32,000 nt of DNA from Pirellula staleyi DSM 6068 (GTDB taxonomy: Bacteria; Planctomycetota; Planctomycetia; Pirellulales; Pirellulaceae): the NCBI GenBank assembly GCA_000025185.1, contig CP001848.1:5070001-5102000 (forward strand), written 5' to 3'. Positions 24,286-32,000 of this stretch are shown one piece after another. A program made the translations under genes and the position numbers. Numbering within the stretch: the first letter of the stretch is position 1; each line of letters opens with the position of its first letter. The notes below the pieces were generated by a model. The model made no database searches and had not been told where the DNA came from. It was given only the letters and a program-made list of their open reading frames with translations.

Positions 24286-25206
24286 ATGGAGCAGCAGATT
24301 GTTTCCGCGATAAAACATCGCGTGCTGCCCCATCCTGCGCTCGTGGTCGGCATTGGCGACGATGCAGCGATCACGCGCGTCACGCCGGGCAAACAGCTCG
24401 TCACCACCACCGACATGCTGATGGATGGGGTCGATTTCCTGCTTGCTTCAACCGACCCGGTGCTGGTGGGGCGCAAATCGCTCGCGGTCAATCTGAGCGA
24501 TCTGGCAGCCATGGCGGCTGTGCCTGTGGGGGCTGTCATCTCGCTGGCCTTGCCACGCCAAGGGGGCGAACAACTCGTACGTCAGCTGTTCGATGGCATC
24601 TTGCCGCTGGCAGCCGAGTTTCAGCTCGCCATCGCTGGTGGCGACACCAACAGCTGGGATGGTCCGCTGGCAATCAGCATCACGGTGTGGGGCGAAGTGG
24701 AACCGGGTGAAGCGTGGCTCCGAAGCACGGCGCGGGTCGGTGATAAACTGCATGTCACCGGCGCGCTAGGGGGGAGCATTCTCGAGCGACAATTCACCTT
24801 CACCCCACGAGTGAATGAAGCGCAGCAACTGCGCCGCTCGGCACAAGTCACCGCGGCGATGGATATCAGCGACGGTCTGCTGATCGATCTGGCGCGACTC
24901 TGCGAAGCAAGCCAGTGTGGCGCTGTTCTCGACCTCGATAAAATTCCAGTCCACGCCGATGCTGTGCGGCTGTCGCTTCAAGAGCACCCCACCGCTACGC
25001 CCGATGAACTTCAAGCATTTGCGCTCGAGCATGCCTTGGCAGATGGCGAAGATTTCGAACTGCTGCTGACGATCGCGCCGAGTGATCCCCTCGCAGCCCA
25101 GAGCATCGGCGAAATCACGAGTGCACGTGGGATCTTTGCTCGCGCAGCTGATGGTTCGCTTCGCGCGCTGACGATTCGAGGCTACGAGCATCAGTTCCGC
25201 GCATGA
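24286..25206 (+). CDS. thiL: Thiamine-monophosphate kinase
   Basis: An AIR-synthase-related fold with the ThiL motifs IGDDAA, TTDMLMDGVDF, GRKSLAVNLSDLAAMAA and GGDTN. Confidence 0.88.
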   Translation: MEQQIVSAIKHRVLPHPALVVGIGDDAAITRVTPGKQLVTTTDMLMDGVDFLLASTDPVLVGRKSLAVNLSDLAAMAAVPVGAVISLALPRQGGEQLVRQLFDGILPLAAEFQLAIAGGDTNSWDGPLAISITVWGEVEPGEAWLRSTARVGDKLHVTGALGGSILERQFTFTPRVNEAQQLRRSAQVTAAMDISDGLLIDLARLCEASQCGAVLDLDKIPVHADAVRLSLQEHPTATPDELQAFALEHALADGEDFELLLTIAPSDPLAAQSIGEITSARGIFARAADGSLRALTIRGYEHQFRA

Positions 25207-25697
25207 GTAAACTCATCTTCCATGCCGACGACTTAGAGGGAACCGCAGCGCTGGCTCACGCGCTGGCTCACGCACTTCCTGCGGGAAGCGTGGTCTCGCT
25301 CGAAGGGACACTCGGAGCTGGCAAAACGCAGCTGGTCCGCTTGCTCGTCGAAGCGCTTGGCGGGAGCGCCGACGATGTCGTCAGCCCCACGTTTGTGCTG
25401 CAAGCCACTTACACAGCAGCCAAAACCGTGCAGCATTTTGATGCCTATCGCTTGCCGACGTCGGACGAATTCCTGGCGATTGGTGGCGAGGAGACTTTGG
25501 CGAGCCCAGCGCTGTCGTTTGTCGAGTGGGGAGAGCGTGTTTCCGACGTTTTTCCTGAGGATTTCTACCGACTTTCCATTGCAGTGACAGGTTCCAACTC
25601 GCGCGAGTTCACGCTCGAAAGTCGCGCGCCCGAGCAACTCGCCGTGCTCGAGCAGCTGCGCGATTTGCTCCCCCAGAGTCAGCTGATCGCGACCTAA
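25203..25697 (+). CDS. tsaE: tRNA t6A37 biosynthesis ATPase TsaE (YjeE)
   Basis: Walker A LEGTLGAGKTQLVR, SPTFVL and HFDAYRL motifs are present. It overlaps the thiL stop in an ATGA junction (25203-25206). Confidence 0.88.
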   Translation: MSKLIFHADDLEGTAALAHALAHALPAGSVVSLEGTLGAGKTQLVRLLVEALGGSADDVVSPTFVLQATYTAAKTVQHFDAYRLPTSDEFLAIGGEETLASPALSFVEWGERVSDVFPEDFYRLSIAVTGSNSREFTLESRAPEQLAVLEQLRDLLPQSQLIAT

Positions 25698-25723
25698 CAC
25701 GGCAGCAATTAATCGCGCGGCGC

Positions 25724-26749
25724 TCAGGGCTTGAGCAAGAGGCGGCCTAGTTCGTCGGTCACGCGCGGGGTCGGCAGATCGTCGCGTTCGAGCACGAGAT
25801 AAGCAAAGTTATCGGCGAGCACTTCTTCGGGATGAATGATGTAGCGTGTGTTGCTGCCGATCTTCTTGAAATAGGGCTCGAAGTTCGGCGTGATGGAAAT
25901 CGTGACCGGCTCGTCCTCCTGCATTTTCACGCGCCACATGAGCTTCGCTTGTGCATCGAGCAGACCTTCGACCTCAACGAGTTTGAACTTCATGTAAGCA
26001 AACATCCCTTTGCCAGCTGAGGGATCAAACACGGGCGGCTCGGCCAGCAGCAGCGGCACGGCATGCACGAGTTGGCCGTCGACAGCCATCGAGATCACCA
26101 CGTCGAGTCGTGGCGCATCGGGGTTGGTGATTTTGGCATCGGCAATCGATGGGGGAAGTTCGATTTCCGCGATCTCCTCAAAGCCCACGATGCGGTACAT
26201 CGCGCGCCGCAGCGCCGCATTCTTGCGACTGAGGACATGAAACAGCTCGTGCAGCAGCAACGTTTCGAGCGAACGATCGTCGCCGCGTACGAGTCGCACG
26301 GGGAGCATGATCGCGTCGCCCCGCGTGTAGGCAGCATGGCTCTCTTCGCGACCCGTGGTTTGCACCAGATAGATGGTCGCTGGCAGCGCGAGATCGAATC
26401 GCGCAAGGCGTTTTTCCATCGATCCCAAAATAGTTCGCAGCCGCGCAGTCGTTTCGGCATCCCAGGCAATCACCTCGGCCACCAGCTGCGATTGCCAGTC
26501 GGCCTTGGTCGGTTTTTCAACACCGCGCACGCGCGAGGCGATGTCGAACGTCGTGAGGCGCCGCGAAAAGTCGTCGTCGATCGCCAGCAGCTTTTGCCCC
26601 TGGGCAACACTCGCCAGCTCGACCACCGATCCGGGCGCGAGAGGAATCGTGACCGGCTCGGCCACTTCGTCGGCAGCAAGCAGTGGTGCAGGATGAGCGA
26701 AGCTCGCGGCCAGGAGCAGCAGCAGACCGAGGGGGAAGCGAAATGACAT
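25724..26749 (-). CDS. Secreted HExxH-motif protein (putative zinc metallopeptidase), hypothetical
   Basis: It has the signal peptide MSFRFPLGLLLLLAASFAHPAPLLAAD, a single HELFH motif (LLLHELFHVL), and a downstream HPEE that could supply a further metal ligand. I cannot assign a family by eye. Confidence 0.65.
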   Translation of the reverse strand: MSFRFPLGLLLLLAASFAHPAPLLAADEVAEPVTIPLAPGSVVELASVAQGQKLLAIDDDFSRRLTTFDIASRVRGVEKPTKADWQSQLVAEVIAWDAETTARLRTILGSMEKRLARFDLALPATIYLVQTTGREESHAAYTRGDAIMLPVRLVRGDDRSLETLLLHELFHVLSRKNAALRRAMYRIVGFEEIAEIELPPSIADAKITNPDAPRLDVVISMAVDGQLVHAVPLLLAEPPVFDPSAGKGMFAYMKFKLVEVEGLLDAQAKLMWRVKMQEDEPVTISITPNFEPYFKKIGSNTRYIIHPEEVLADNFAYLVLERDDLPTPRVTDELGRLLLKP

Positions 26750-26996
26750 AGAGCGGCTACCTGCGCGAGAGAATTAAACCGGTATTTCACCGATTCTACG
26801 CCATCGCGCGGTGGTCGTGGTTGCCTCGGCGCGACGATCTCGCGCGCTCTAGCAGAGTTCGATCGGCTGCCCGCCACCGCACAGACGCATTGGCCTGATT
26901 TCCCCGAGGAGGTATCCTAGAGCTGTTGTCCCGAGCCATGCGAAACGGTCGGCTGGGGGCCGTTTTCACTTTCCGAATTAGTAAAGCACGACGTCG

Positions 26997-27113
26997 ATGG
27001 CACGCTGGCCTCGTAACACCTGGACTTCGATTTTCACGTACGGAACCATCTTCCTGATGTTTCCGATCCTGTGCTATTTGGCCTATGCCTACGTGAAGGG
27101 ACAGCTGTTCTAA
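26997..27113 (+). CDS. Candidate small membrane protein (38 aa), unannotated by the 60-aa ORF track
   Basis: ATG...TAA encodes MARWPRNTWTSIFTYGTIFLMFPILCYLAYAYVKGQLF, which has one clear TM helix. Third codon positions are mostly G/C, as in neighbouring genes. It ends 53 nt before the UDP-sugar pyrophosphorylase start. No obvious SD is present. Confidence 0.3.
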   Translation: MARWPRNTWTSIFTYGTIFLMFPILCYLAYAYVKGQLF

Positions 27114-27166
27114 ACGCGCTCGCCTCTCTCCGAATCCCTCTTCCGCGTCCCTTCGCGAACTTGCTC

Positions 27167-28663
27167 ATGACCTCGCTTGCCCACTCTCCGCGCACCTGGC
27201 TTCCCGGCCCAGCTCACACGCTCGACCGGCAGACGCTGGCCCTGCATTTGGCCCCTCATGGTCAGGAGCATTTGGCAAGATTTTGGGACGAACTAAGCGG
27301 CACCGAGAAGCAGCAACTCGGAAACCAAATCGATGCGCTCGATCTAGCGCTCTTGGCGGAACTGCGCGAGCAAGGTCGACAGCTGCTCTCATCGGGAGTC
27401 GATAGCAGCGCGGCCCAAGCACAGCTGTTTGAAGCGCTTGCCGCGCGAGCCACTGCGCCACCGGCGATGCGGCTCGATGGCTCGGGCGCCATCGATCGCG
27501 ATCAGGCGCTCGCCGCTGGCGCCGACCTTTTGACGCGCGGCCAAGTGGCGATGATTCTCGTGGCAGGTGGTCTTGGTTCGCGACTCGGATTTGAACTCCC
27601 CAAAGGATTCTATCAGCTCGCTCCGCTGTCGCAGCGCACACTGTTCGACATCCTGATTTCGCAGCTTTCAAGTGTCGAGCGGCGCTACGGGCAAACGATC
27701 CCGCTCTACATCATGACGAGCCCCGCCACCGACGCGCTAACACGCGAATTTCTGGAGAAAAACAACTATTTTGGCAAGCCTCGCACCAGCGTGCGGATCT
27801 TTTGCCAAAACGTGATGTGGGCCCTCGACGAGCAGTGGAATCGGCTGCTGATGTCCAGCCCGAGTTCGCTCTTTCTCGGCCCCGATGGCCACGGCGGCAT
27901 GCTGCGAGCCCTCGCCGAAAGTGGCTGTCTGGCCGATGCCGAGGCGCGCGGTATTACGCAAATTTTCTACGGCCAGATCGATAACCCGCTGCTGCAAGTT
28001 TGCAGCGAACTGCTGCTCGGCAGCCACGTCCTCGCGCAAAGTGAAATGACGACGCAGGTGGTCGAAAAACGTCATCCGCTCGAGCGTGTGGGGAATGTGG
28101 TCGAGGTCGATGGCAAAGTGCAAGTGATCGAGTATGTCGACTTACCCGAGTCGGCAGCGCGTGCCACGTCGGCCGATGGTCGCCTGAAATTATGGGCTGG
28201 CAATTTGGCCGTGCATGTCTTCGACACCGCCTTCCTGGCTCGAGCCAATCGCGATCAAACCTCACTACCGTTTCACTTTGCCCGCAAAAAAGTCCCGACC
28301 ATCGACGACAGTGGCGCGGTGGTCGAACCGACCTCGATCAACGCCATTCGCTTCGAGCGATTTATTTTCGACCTGCTTCCCGCTGCCCGTAAAAGCCTGG
28401 TTGTAGAGGCTGATCCCGCCGAGGCATTTGCGCCGGTGAAGAACGCCGAGCACGAAAAAACCGACACCGCCGCCACGGCTCGCGCCGCCATGATCGCGCA
28501 AGCGCGACGCTGGCTCGAAGCTGCTGGGGCTCACGTCGCGCCGCAGGTGCGTGTGGAAATTCATCCCGCTTTTGCTGCGACGATCGACGAAGTCCGTGCG
28601 CGTGTGAAGCCGGGCACCGTTATCGATCGCGATACTTACTTTTCCCCGTCAGGAGCTCTCTGA
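27167..28663 (+). CDS. UDPGP-family (eukaryote-type) UDP-sugar / UDP-N-acetylglucosamine pyrophosphorylase
   Basis: LVAGGLGSRLGFELPKG, YIMTSPATDALTREFL, FCQN, GPDGHGG and GQIDNPL correspond to the conserved UAP1/UDPGP (PF01704-type) motifs. I chose the ATG at 27167; the ORF is open from 27071. Confidence 0.85.
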   Translation: MTSLAHSPRTWLPGPAHTLDRQTLALHLAPHGQEHLARFWDELSGTEKQQLGNQIDALDLALLAELREQGRQLLSSGVDSSAAQAQLFEALAARATAPPAMRLDGSGAIDRDQALAAGADLLTRGQVAMILVAGGLGSRLGFELPKGFYQLAPLSQRTLFDILISQLSSVERRYGQTIPLYIMTSPATDALTREFLEKNNYFGKPRTSVRIFCQNVMWALDEQWNRLLMSSPSSLFLGPDGHGGMLRALAESGCLADAEARGITQIFYGQIDNPLLQVCSELLLGSHVLAQSEMTTQVVEKRHPLERVGNVVEVDGKVQVIEYVDLPESAARATSADGRLKLWAGNLAVHVFDTAFLARANRDQTSLPFHFARKKVPTIDDSGAVVEPTSINAIRFERFIFDLLPAARKSLVVEADPAEAFAPVKNAEHEKTDTAATARAAMIAQARRWLEAAGAHVAPQVRVEIHPAFAATIDEVRARVKPGTVIDRDTYFSPSGAL

Positions 28664-28729
28664 CCTGCAAGGGGGCCGATCGGCTCTCCCAAGTTTCCCC
28701 TGACGATCTCTACGCAAGGAAGTTCAACG

Positions 28730-29815
28730 ATGCTGCACGCTTTGATCATGGCCGGTGGCGCTGGAACACGTTTCTGGCCCCTCAGTCGACACGAGCGTCC
28801 CAAACAGCTTTTGCAGCTGGCAGGGGAGCGCACGATGATTCAAATGGCGGTCGATCGTCTGGCGGGACTCCTCCCACCCAGCCGCGTCAGCATCATCACC
28901 GCCGCTCATTTGGTGGAGCCGATTCGGCAGCAACTTCCTGAGCTTCCCAGCGGCAGCATTCTCGGCGAACCGTGCAAGCGCGACACCGCTCCTTGTGTGG
29001 GGCTCGGCGCGATGCTCGCCGCGAAAAACGATCCCGATGCCACCTTGGTGGTGATGCCAGCCGATCATCTGATCGAACCTGTGGCAGCCTTTCGCACCGC
29101 AGTTGCGTCAGCCGCCGCGCTTGTCGACGAGCAGCCCGAGCGAATCGTCACGTTTGGAATTCGCCCCACCTTCCCGGCTGAAACCTTCGGCTACATCGAG
29201 CGTGGCGCCCCCGTTCCCACGGTCCCGGCCGATCGTCCCCCGAGCTTCGAAGTGGTCCAGTTCCGCGAAAAGCCAGCCCGCAGCATTGCCGAGCAGTATC
29301 TCGAAACCGGCAATTTCTACTGGAACAGCGGCATTTTTGTTTGGAAGGCGAAGACGATCCTCGCAGCGATCGAGAAATACGACCCGAAGATGTACGCGCA
29401 TCTTGTGCCGATTGCCGCAGCCTTCGGCACCCCCGAATTCCAATCGGTCTTCGAATCGAAATTCAGCGAGATCAAAGGGCGGAGCATCGATTTCACCGTC
29501 CTCGAGCACTATCAGCCAGTGGTTGTGGTCGAAGCACCGTTTGTTTGGAACGATGTCGGCAGCTGGCAATCCCTTGCCGCCACGCACGGCACCGACGCCG
29601 AGGGGAACACCCTCATCGGCAAACAGATCGCCATCCGCTCGCAAGGGAATGTGGTGTACACGACTGATGACCACTTGGTCGCGATCCTCGGCATCGACGA
29701 CTGCATTGTCGTGCACACCCCCGATGCCACACTCGTCGCTAGCAAGCACGAGGAAGAAGCGGTGCGCGAAATCGTGAAAAAACTCGGCGAAAAGAGCTGG
29801 AAAGAGCATCTCTAA
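28730..29815 (+). CDS. manC: Mannose-1-phosphate guanylyltransferase (GDP-mannose pyrophosphorylase), short form without a PMI domain
   Basis: N-terminal IMAGGAGTRFWPLSRHERPKQLL, then MPADH, FGIRPTFPETFGYIE and YWNSGIFVW motifs. AAGGAAG lies upstream of the ATG. Confidence 0.88.
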   Translation: MLHALIMAGGAGTRFWPLSRHERPKQLLQLAGERTMIQMAVDRLAGLLPPSRVSIITAAHLVEPIRQQLPELPSGSILGEPCKRDTAPCVGLGAMLAAKNDPDATLVVMPADHLIEPVAAFRTAVASAAALVDEQPERIVTFGIRPTFPAETFGYIERGAPVPTVPADRPPSFEVVQFREKPARSIAEQYLETGNFYWNSGIFVWKAKTILAAIEKYDPKMYAHLVPIAAAFGTPEFQSVFESKFSEIKGRSIDFTVLEHYQPVVVVEAPFVWNDVGSWQSLAATHGTDAEGNTLIGKQIAIRSQGNVVYTTDDHLVAILGIDDCIVVHTPDATLVASKHEEEAVREIVKKLGEKSWKEHL

Positions 29816-29933
29816 GCAGGCTATCCCGGCGCACTGTGGGAAAGCTGCTGGGGTGACCAGTTGTGCAGAGCCGAAACTCGAATGGCCCCAAGCATCGACA
29901 ACGGGATAGAATATCTTGTTATCCCGCTCAAGC

Positions 29934-31112
29934 ATGCTCTGGAGAATCCCCGTGGTTTCTCGAAATTGGATGGCAAACTCGATATCCCGGCCGCTAGTCG
30001 CCGCTCGCATCGCCGCGCTCGCGGTCAGCTGCACGCTGCTGACGATAGCGCTTCAAGTGAATGGCCAAGAGGGGGTTGAGCTCGAAACCAATCCGTCGGA
30101 AGTGGTTCCTTCCACCTCCAAGCTCCCCGTGGCGGGCCCTGCAATTCCGAACCTTCCGACCCTGACGCTCGGCGGCAAGCTGTTTTGGACCGACGAAGAA
30201 GTGCAGGCGGGCTGGCGCATTCAGCGAAGTTCGATGACCGGGCACTATCGGCTGCTCGACGATCAGAACTATCGCCACGCATACGGCTCGCTCGAACATT
30301 GCGAGCAGCAGCTCCGCGAGATTCAGCAGCTCCGCGCGCTACCAGCGGCGGAAGGGGAAGTGGTCGTCACGCTGCACGGGCTGCTGCGCTCGCGCGATGT
30401 GATGGAGGGCTTGGGGGAATACTTGCAGCGCGAAGGGGACCTGCAGCCGGTGCACGTTTCGTATGCCAGCACGCGGCGAACGCTCGACGAACATGCCGAA
30501 AGCCTTTCACGCGTGATTGATCGCCTCGGCAGCCGCGTGACAAAAATCCATTTCGTTGGCCACAGCCTCGGGAATCTAGTGATTCGTCGCTACTACGGTG
30601 AAGCGGGTGCAGAAGATCCACTCTGGAAGGTCGATCCCCGAGCGGGCCGCGTGGTGATGCTTGCGCCACCCAATCAAGGAGCTCGCGCGGCGAAGATGTG
30701 GCGCGACAACGACCTGTTTAAACTGGTTGCAGGCCCGAGTGGCAAACAGCTCGGCCTCGAATGGAAGCAGATCGAGCCCCGTCTGGCTCGCCCCACAGGC
30801 GAGTTCGGGATCGTCGCAGGTGCCCATCCCGCCGGCTCCTCGCTCCTGTCGCTCCTTCCTGGAGACGACGATCTGGTGCTGTCGGTCTCGGAAACTAAAC
30901 TCCCCGGTGCCGCCGATTCGATCGTCGTGCCGCTCCATCATGGCGAGGTCATCAGCAATCCCGAAGTGCAGGCCTACGTCCTCCGCTTCTTGCAGGAGGG
31001 GCACTTTGTGGCTGCAGACCAGCGCGAGCCGATTCCGCTCGACAAGACCACCACTGCGCCACTCGCCAGCGAGCCCGATTGCACTTTGAGCGTGGAAGGA
31101 TCGGAACGCTGA
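29934..31112 (+). CDS. Secreted alpha/beta-hydrolase (lipase/esterase-like)
   Basis: It has a signal/anchor segment (LVAARIAALAVSCTLLTIALQ), an oxyanion-region VVVTLHGLL, and the nucleophile elbow FVGHSLGN (GxSxG). I took the ATG at 29934; TTG 29916 and ATG 29970 are alternative starts. Confidence 0.8.
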   Translation: MLWRIPVVSRNWMANSISRPLVAARIAALAVSCTLLTIALQVNGQEGVELETNPSEVVPSTSKLPVAGPAIPNLPTLTLGGKLFWTDEEVQAGWRIQRSSMTGHYRLLDDQNYRHAYGSLEHCEQQLREIQQLRALPAAEGEVVVTLHGLLRSRDVMEGLGEYLQREGDLQPVHVSYASTRRTLDEHAESLSRVIDRLGSRVTKIHFVGHSLGNLVIRRYYGEAGAEDPLWKVDPRAGRVVMLAPPNQGARAAKMWRDNDLFKLVAGPSGKQLGLEWKQIEPRLARPTGEFGIVAGAHPAGSSLLSLLPGDDDLVLSVSETKLPGAADSIVVPLHHGEVISNPEVQAYVLRFLQEGHFVAADQREPIPLDKTTTAPLASEPDCTLSVEGSER

Positions 31113-31573
31113 TGCGACGCGATGAGGTGCGAGGGCGATTGATTGGGGTCGACTACGGCACAGTCCGGATTGGTCTGGCGATCACCGATCCCGAACAAAA
31201 GTTTGCCAGCCCGCTGGATAACTATACCCGCCGCGGTGGTCAGGCCGACGCGCGCTACTTTCAGCGTGTCGCCCAGGAAGAACGGGCCGCCGCCTGGGTC
31301 GTGGGACTTCCGGTCCACACCACCGGAAGCGAGAGCCAGAAATCGACCGAGGCACGCCAGTTCGCCAAACAGCTCGAGGAACTCACCAAGCTGCCGGTCT
31401 TTTTGTTCGACGAACGGTTCACCTCAGCAGATGCTGAAGAGATGCTAATTGCCGCCGGAATGAGCCGCAAAGAACGCAAGTCGCATCTCGATAAACTAGC
31501 CGCCCAGATCTTGCTCTCCGCCTTCCTCCGGTCCGAAGCTCCCGAGCTTCCCCCGCGAGCCCTCGACGACTAA
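31112..31573 (+). CDS. ruvX: YqgF-family putative Holliday junction resolvase / pre-16S rRNA nuclease
   Basis: LIGVDYGTVRIGLAITD, VVGLP, and the DERFTSADAE region are typical of YqgF/RuvX. Its ATG overlaps the upstream stop (TGATG at 31110-31114). Confidence 0.88.
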   Translation: MRRDEVRGRLIGVDYGTVRIGLAITDPEQKFASPLDNYTRRGGQADARYFQRVAQEERAAAWVVGLPVHTTGSESQKSTEARQFAKQLEELTKLPVFLFDERFTSADAEEMLIAAGMSRKERKSHLDKLAAQILLSAFLRSEAPELPPRALDD

Positions 31574-31670
31574 CGAGGGGCTCTCTTTCACCTCGCGACT
31601 AACCTTACCGAAGCAAATGCCTTGGTAAAACTAGAGCGACTGAAGGCTAATCCGACTGCTGAGAGCAGCG

Positions 31671-31940
31671 TCAGATTCCGATTTGGGCCATGGCGTCGAC
31701 GAGACGACGCACAATGCCGGCGAGATTCGGGTGCGATGCTTCGAAGTTGGCGGCAGCATCGAGCAGCGGCGATTCCTGCGTTGCAGTGGCTGCCACAGCT
31801 GCATCGGGCTTATCTGCCAGTGCTCGCGAGATATCATCGGCAGCCGACTGCAGCAGAGCGCGCGTTTCGTCGTCGAGTGAATCGACCTGCGACAACTCGG
31901 CTTCGAGTTCGGCTACCGTTGCTTTTAATTTTTCAATCAC
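31671..31940 (-). CDS. DUF4404-family small protein
   Basis: An 89-aa product with an N-terminal coiled-coil-like L..L..EL segment and the C-terminal FEASHPNLAGIVRRLVDAMAQIGI. This matches the FE..HP.LAG........L...GI ending I recall for DUF4404. The start is GTG with GGAG upstream. Confidence 0.7.
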   Translation of the reverse strand: MIEKLKATVAELEAELSQVDSLDDETRALLQSAADDISRALADKPDAAVAATATQESPLLDAAANFEASHPNLAGIVRRLVDAMAQIGI

Positions 31941-32000
31941 GCTCGTTCACTCCGCCTGGAAGAGCGAACCGGATCGCCCGGAAAAGATCGCTCTTAATTA

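Noticed and set aside
1-32000. Search for a CRISPR array, transposase/integrase genes, or island boundaries (tRNA, long direct repeats)
   Set aside because: No regularly spaced repeats, recombinase motifs or flanking direct repeats were found. The low-GC patch therefore has no demonstrable mobile-element borders.

Overview
This is a high-GC bacterial chromosomal segment. Gene content and style suggest a Planctomycetota (Pirellulales-like) genome, which is inference only: long structured intergenic spacers, a signal peptidase I with a CxxC insertion, an isolated remnant of the cell-wall (dcw) cluster, and a Cys/Pro-rich lipoprotein. Housekeeping genes are the pyruvate dehydrogenase set (lpdA 3' part, a 1.1-kb spacer, then aceE and aceF), glgC, a divergent murE-like gene, an HtrA/DegP protease, thiL-tsaE, a eukaryote-type UDP-sugar pyrophosphorylase next to a GDP-mannose pyrophosphorylase, an alpha/beta hydrolase overlapping ruvX, and a DUF4404 gene. 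Between the PDH/signal-peptidase block and glgC (about 7.9-12.9 kb) lies a lower-GC patch of orphan genes, including a VapD/Cas2-like nuclease gene, a DinB-family gene and several unassignable ORFs. I found no rRNA, tRNA, CRISPR array, transposase or integrase. The main items for follow-up are: (1) a MurF-derived protein with a destroyed P-loop and no C-terminal domain, downstream of a divergent MurE; (2) a roughly 220-nt multi-hairpin element ending in a strong intrinsic terminator with an exposed CCCUCCCUCC tract, a candidate sRNA; (3) a signal-peptidase-I homologue whose catalytic Lys position is Met; (4) an orphan vapD with its own promoter-like signals; (5) a REP-like palindrome present three times; (6) an 18-bp perfect palindrome in the methyltransferase/murE divergent promoter region. 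All functional calls come from motif recognition by eye, because no database search was possible.
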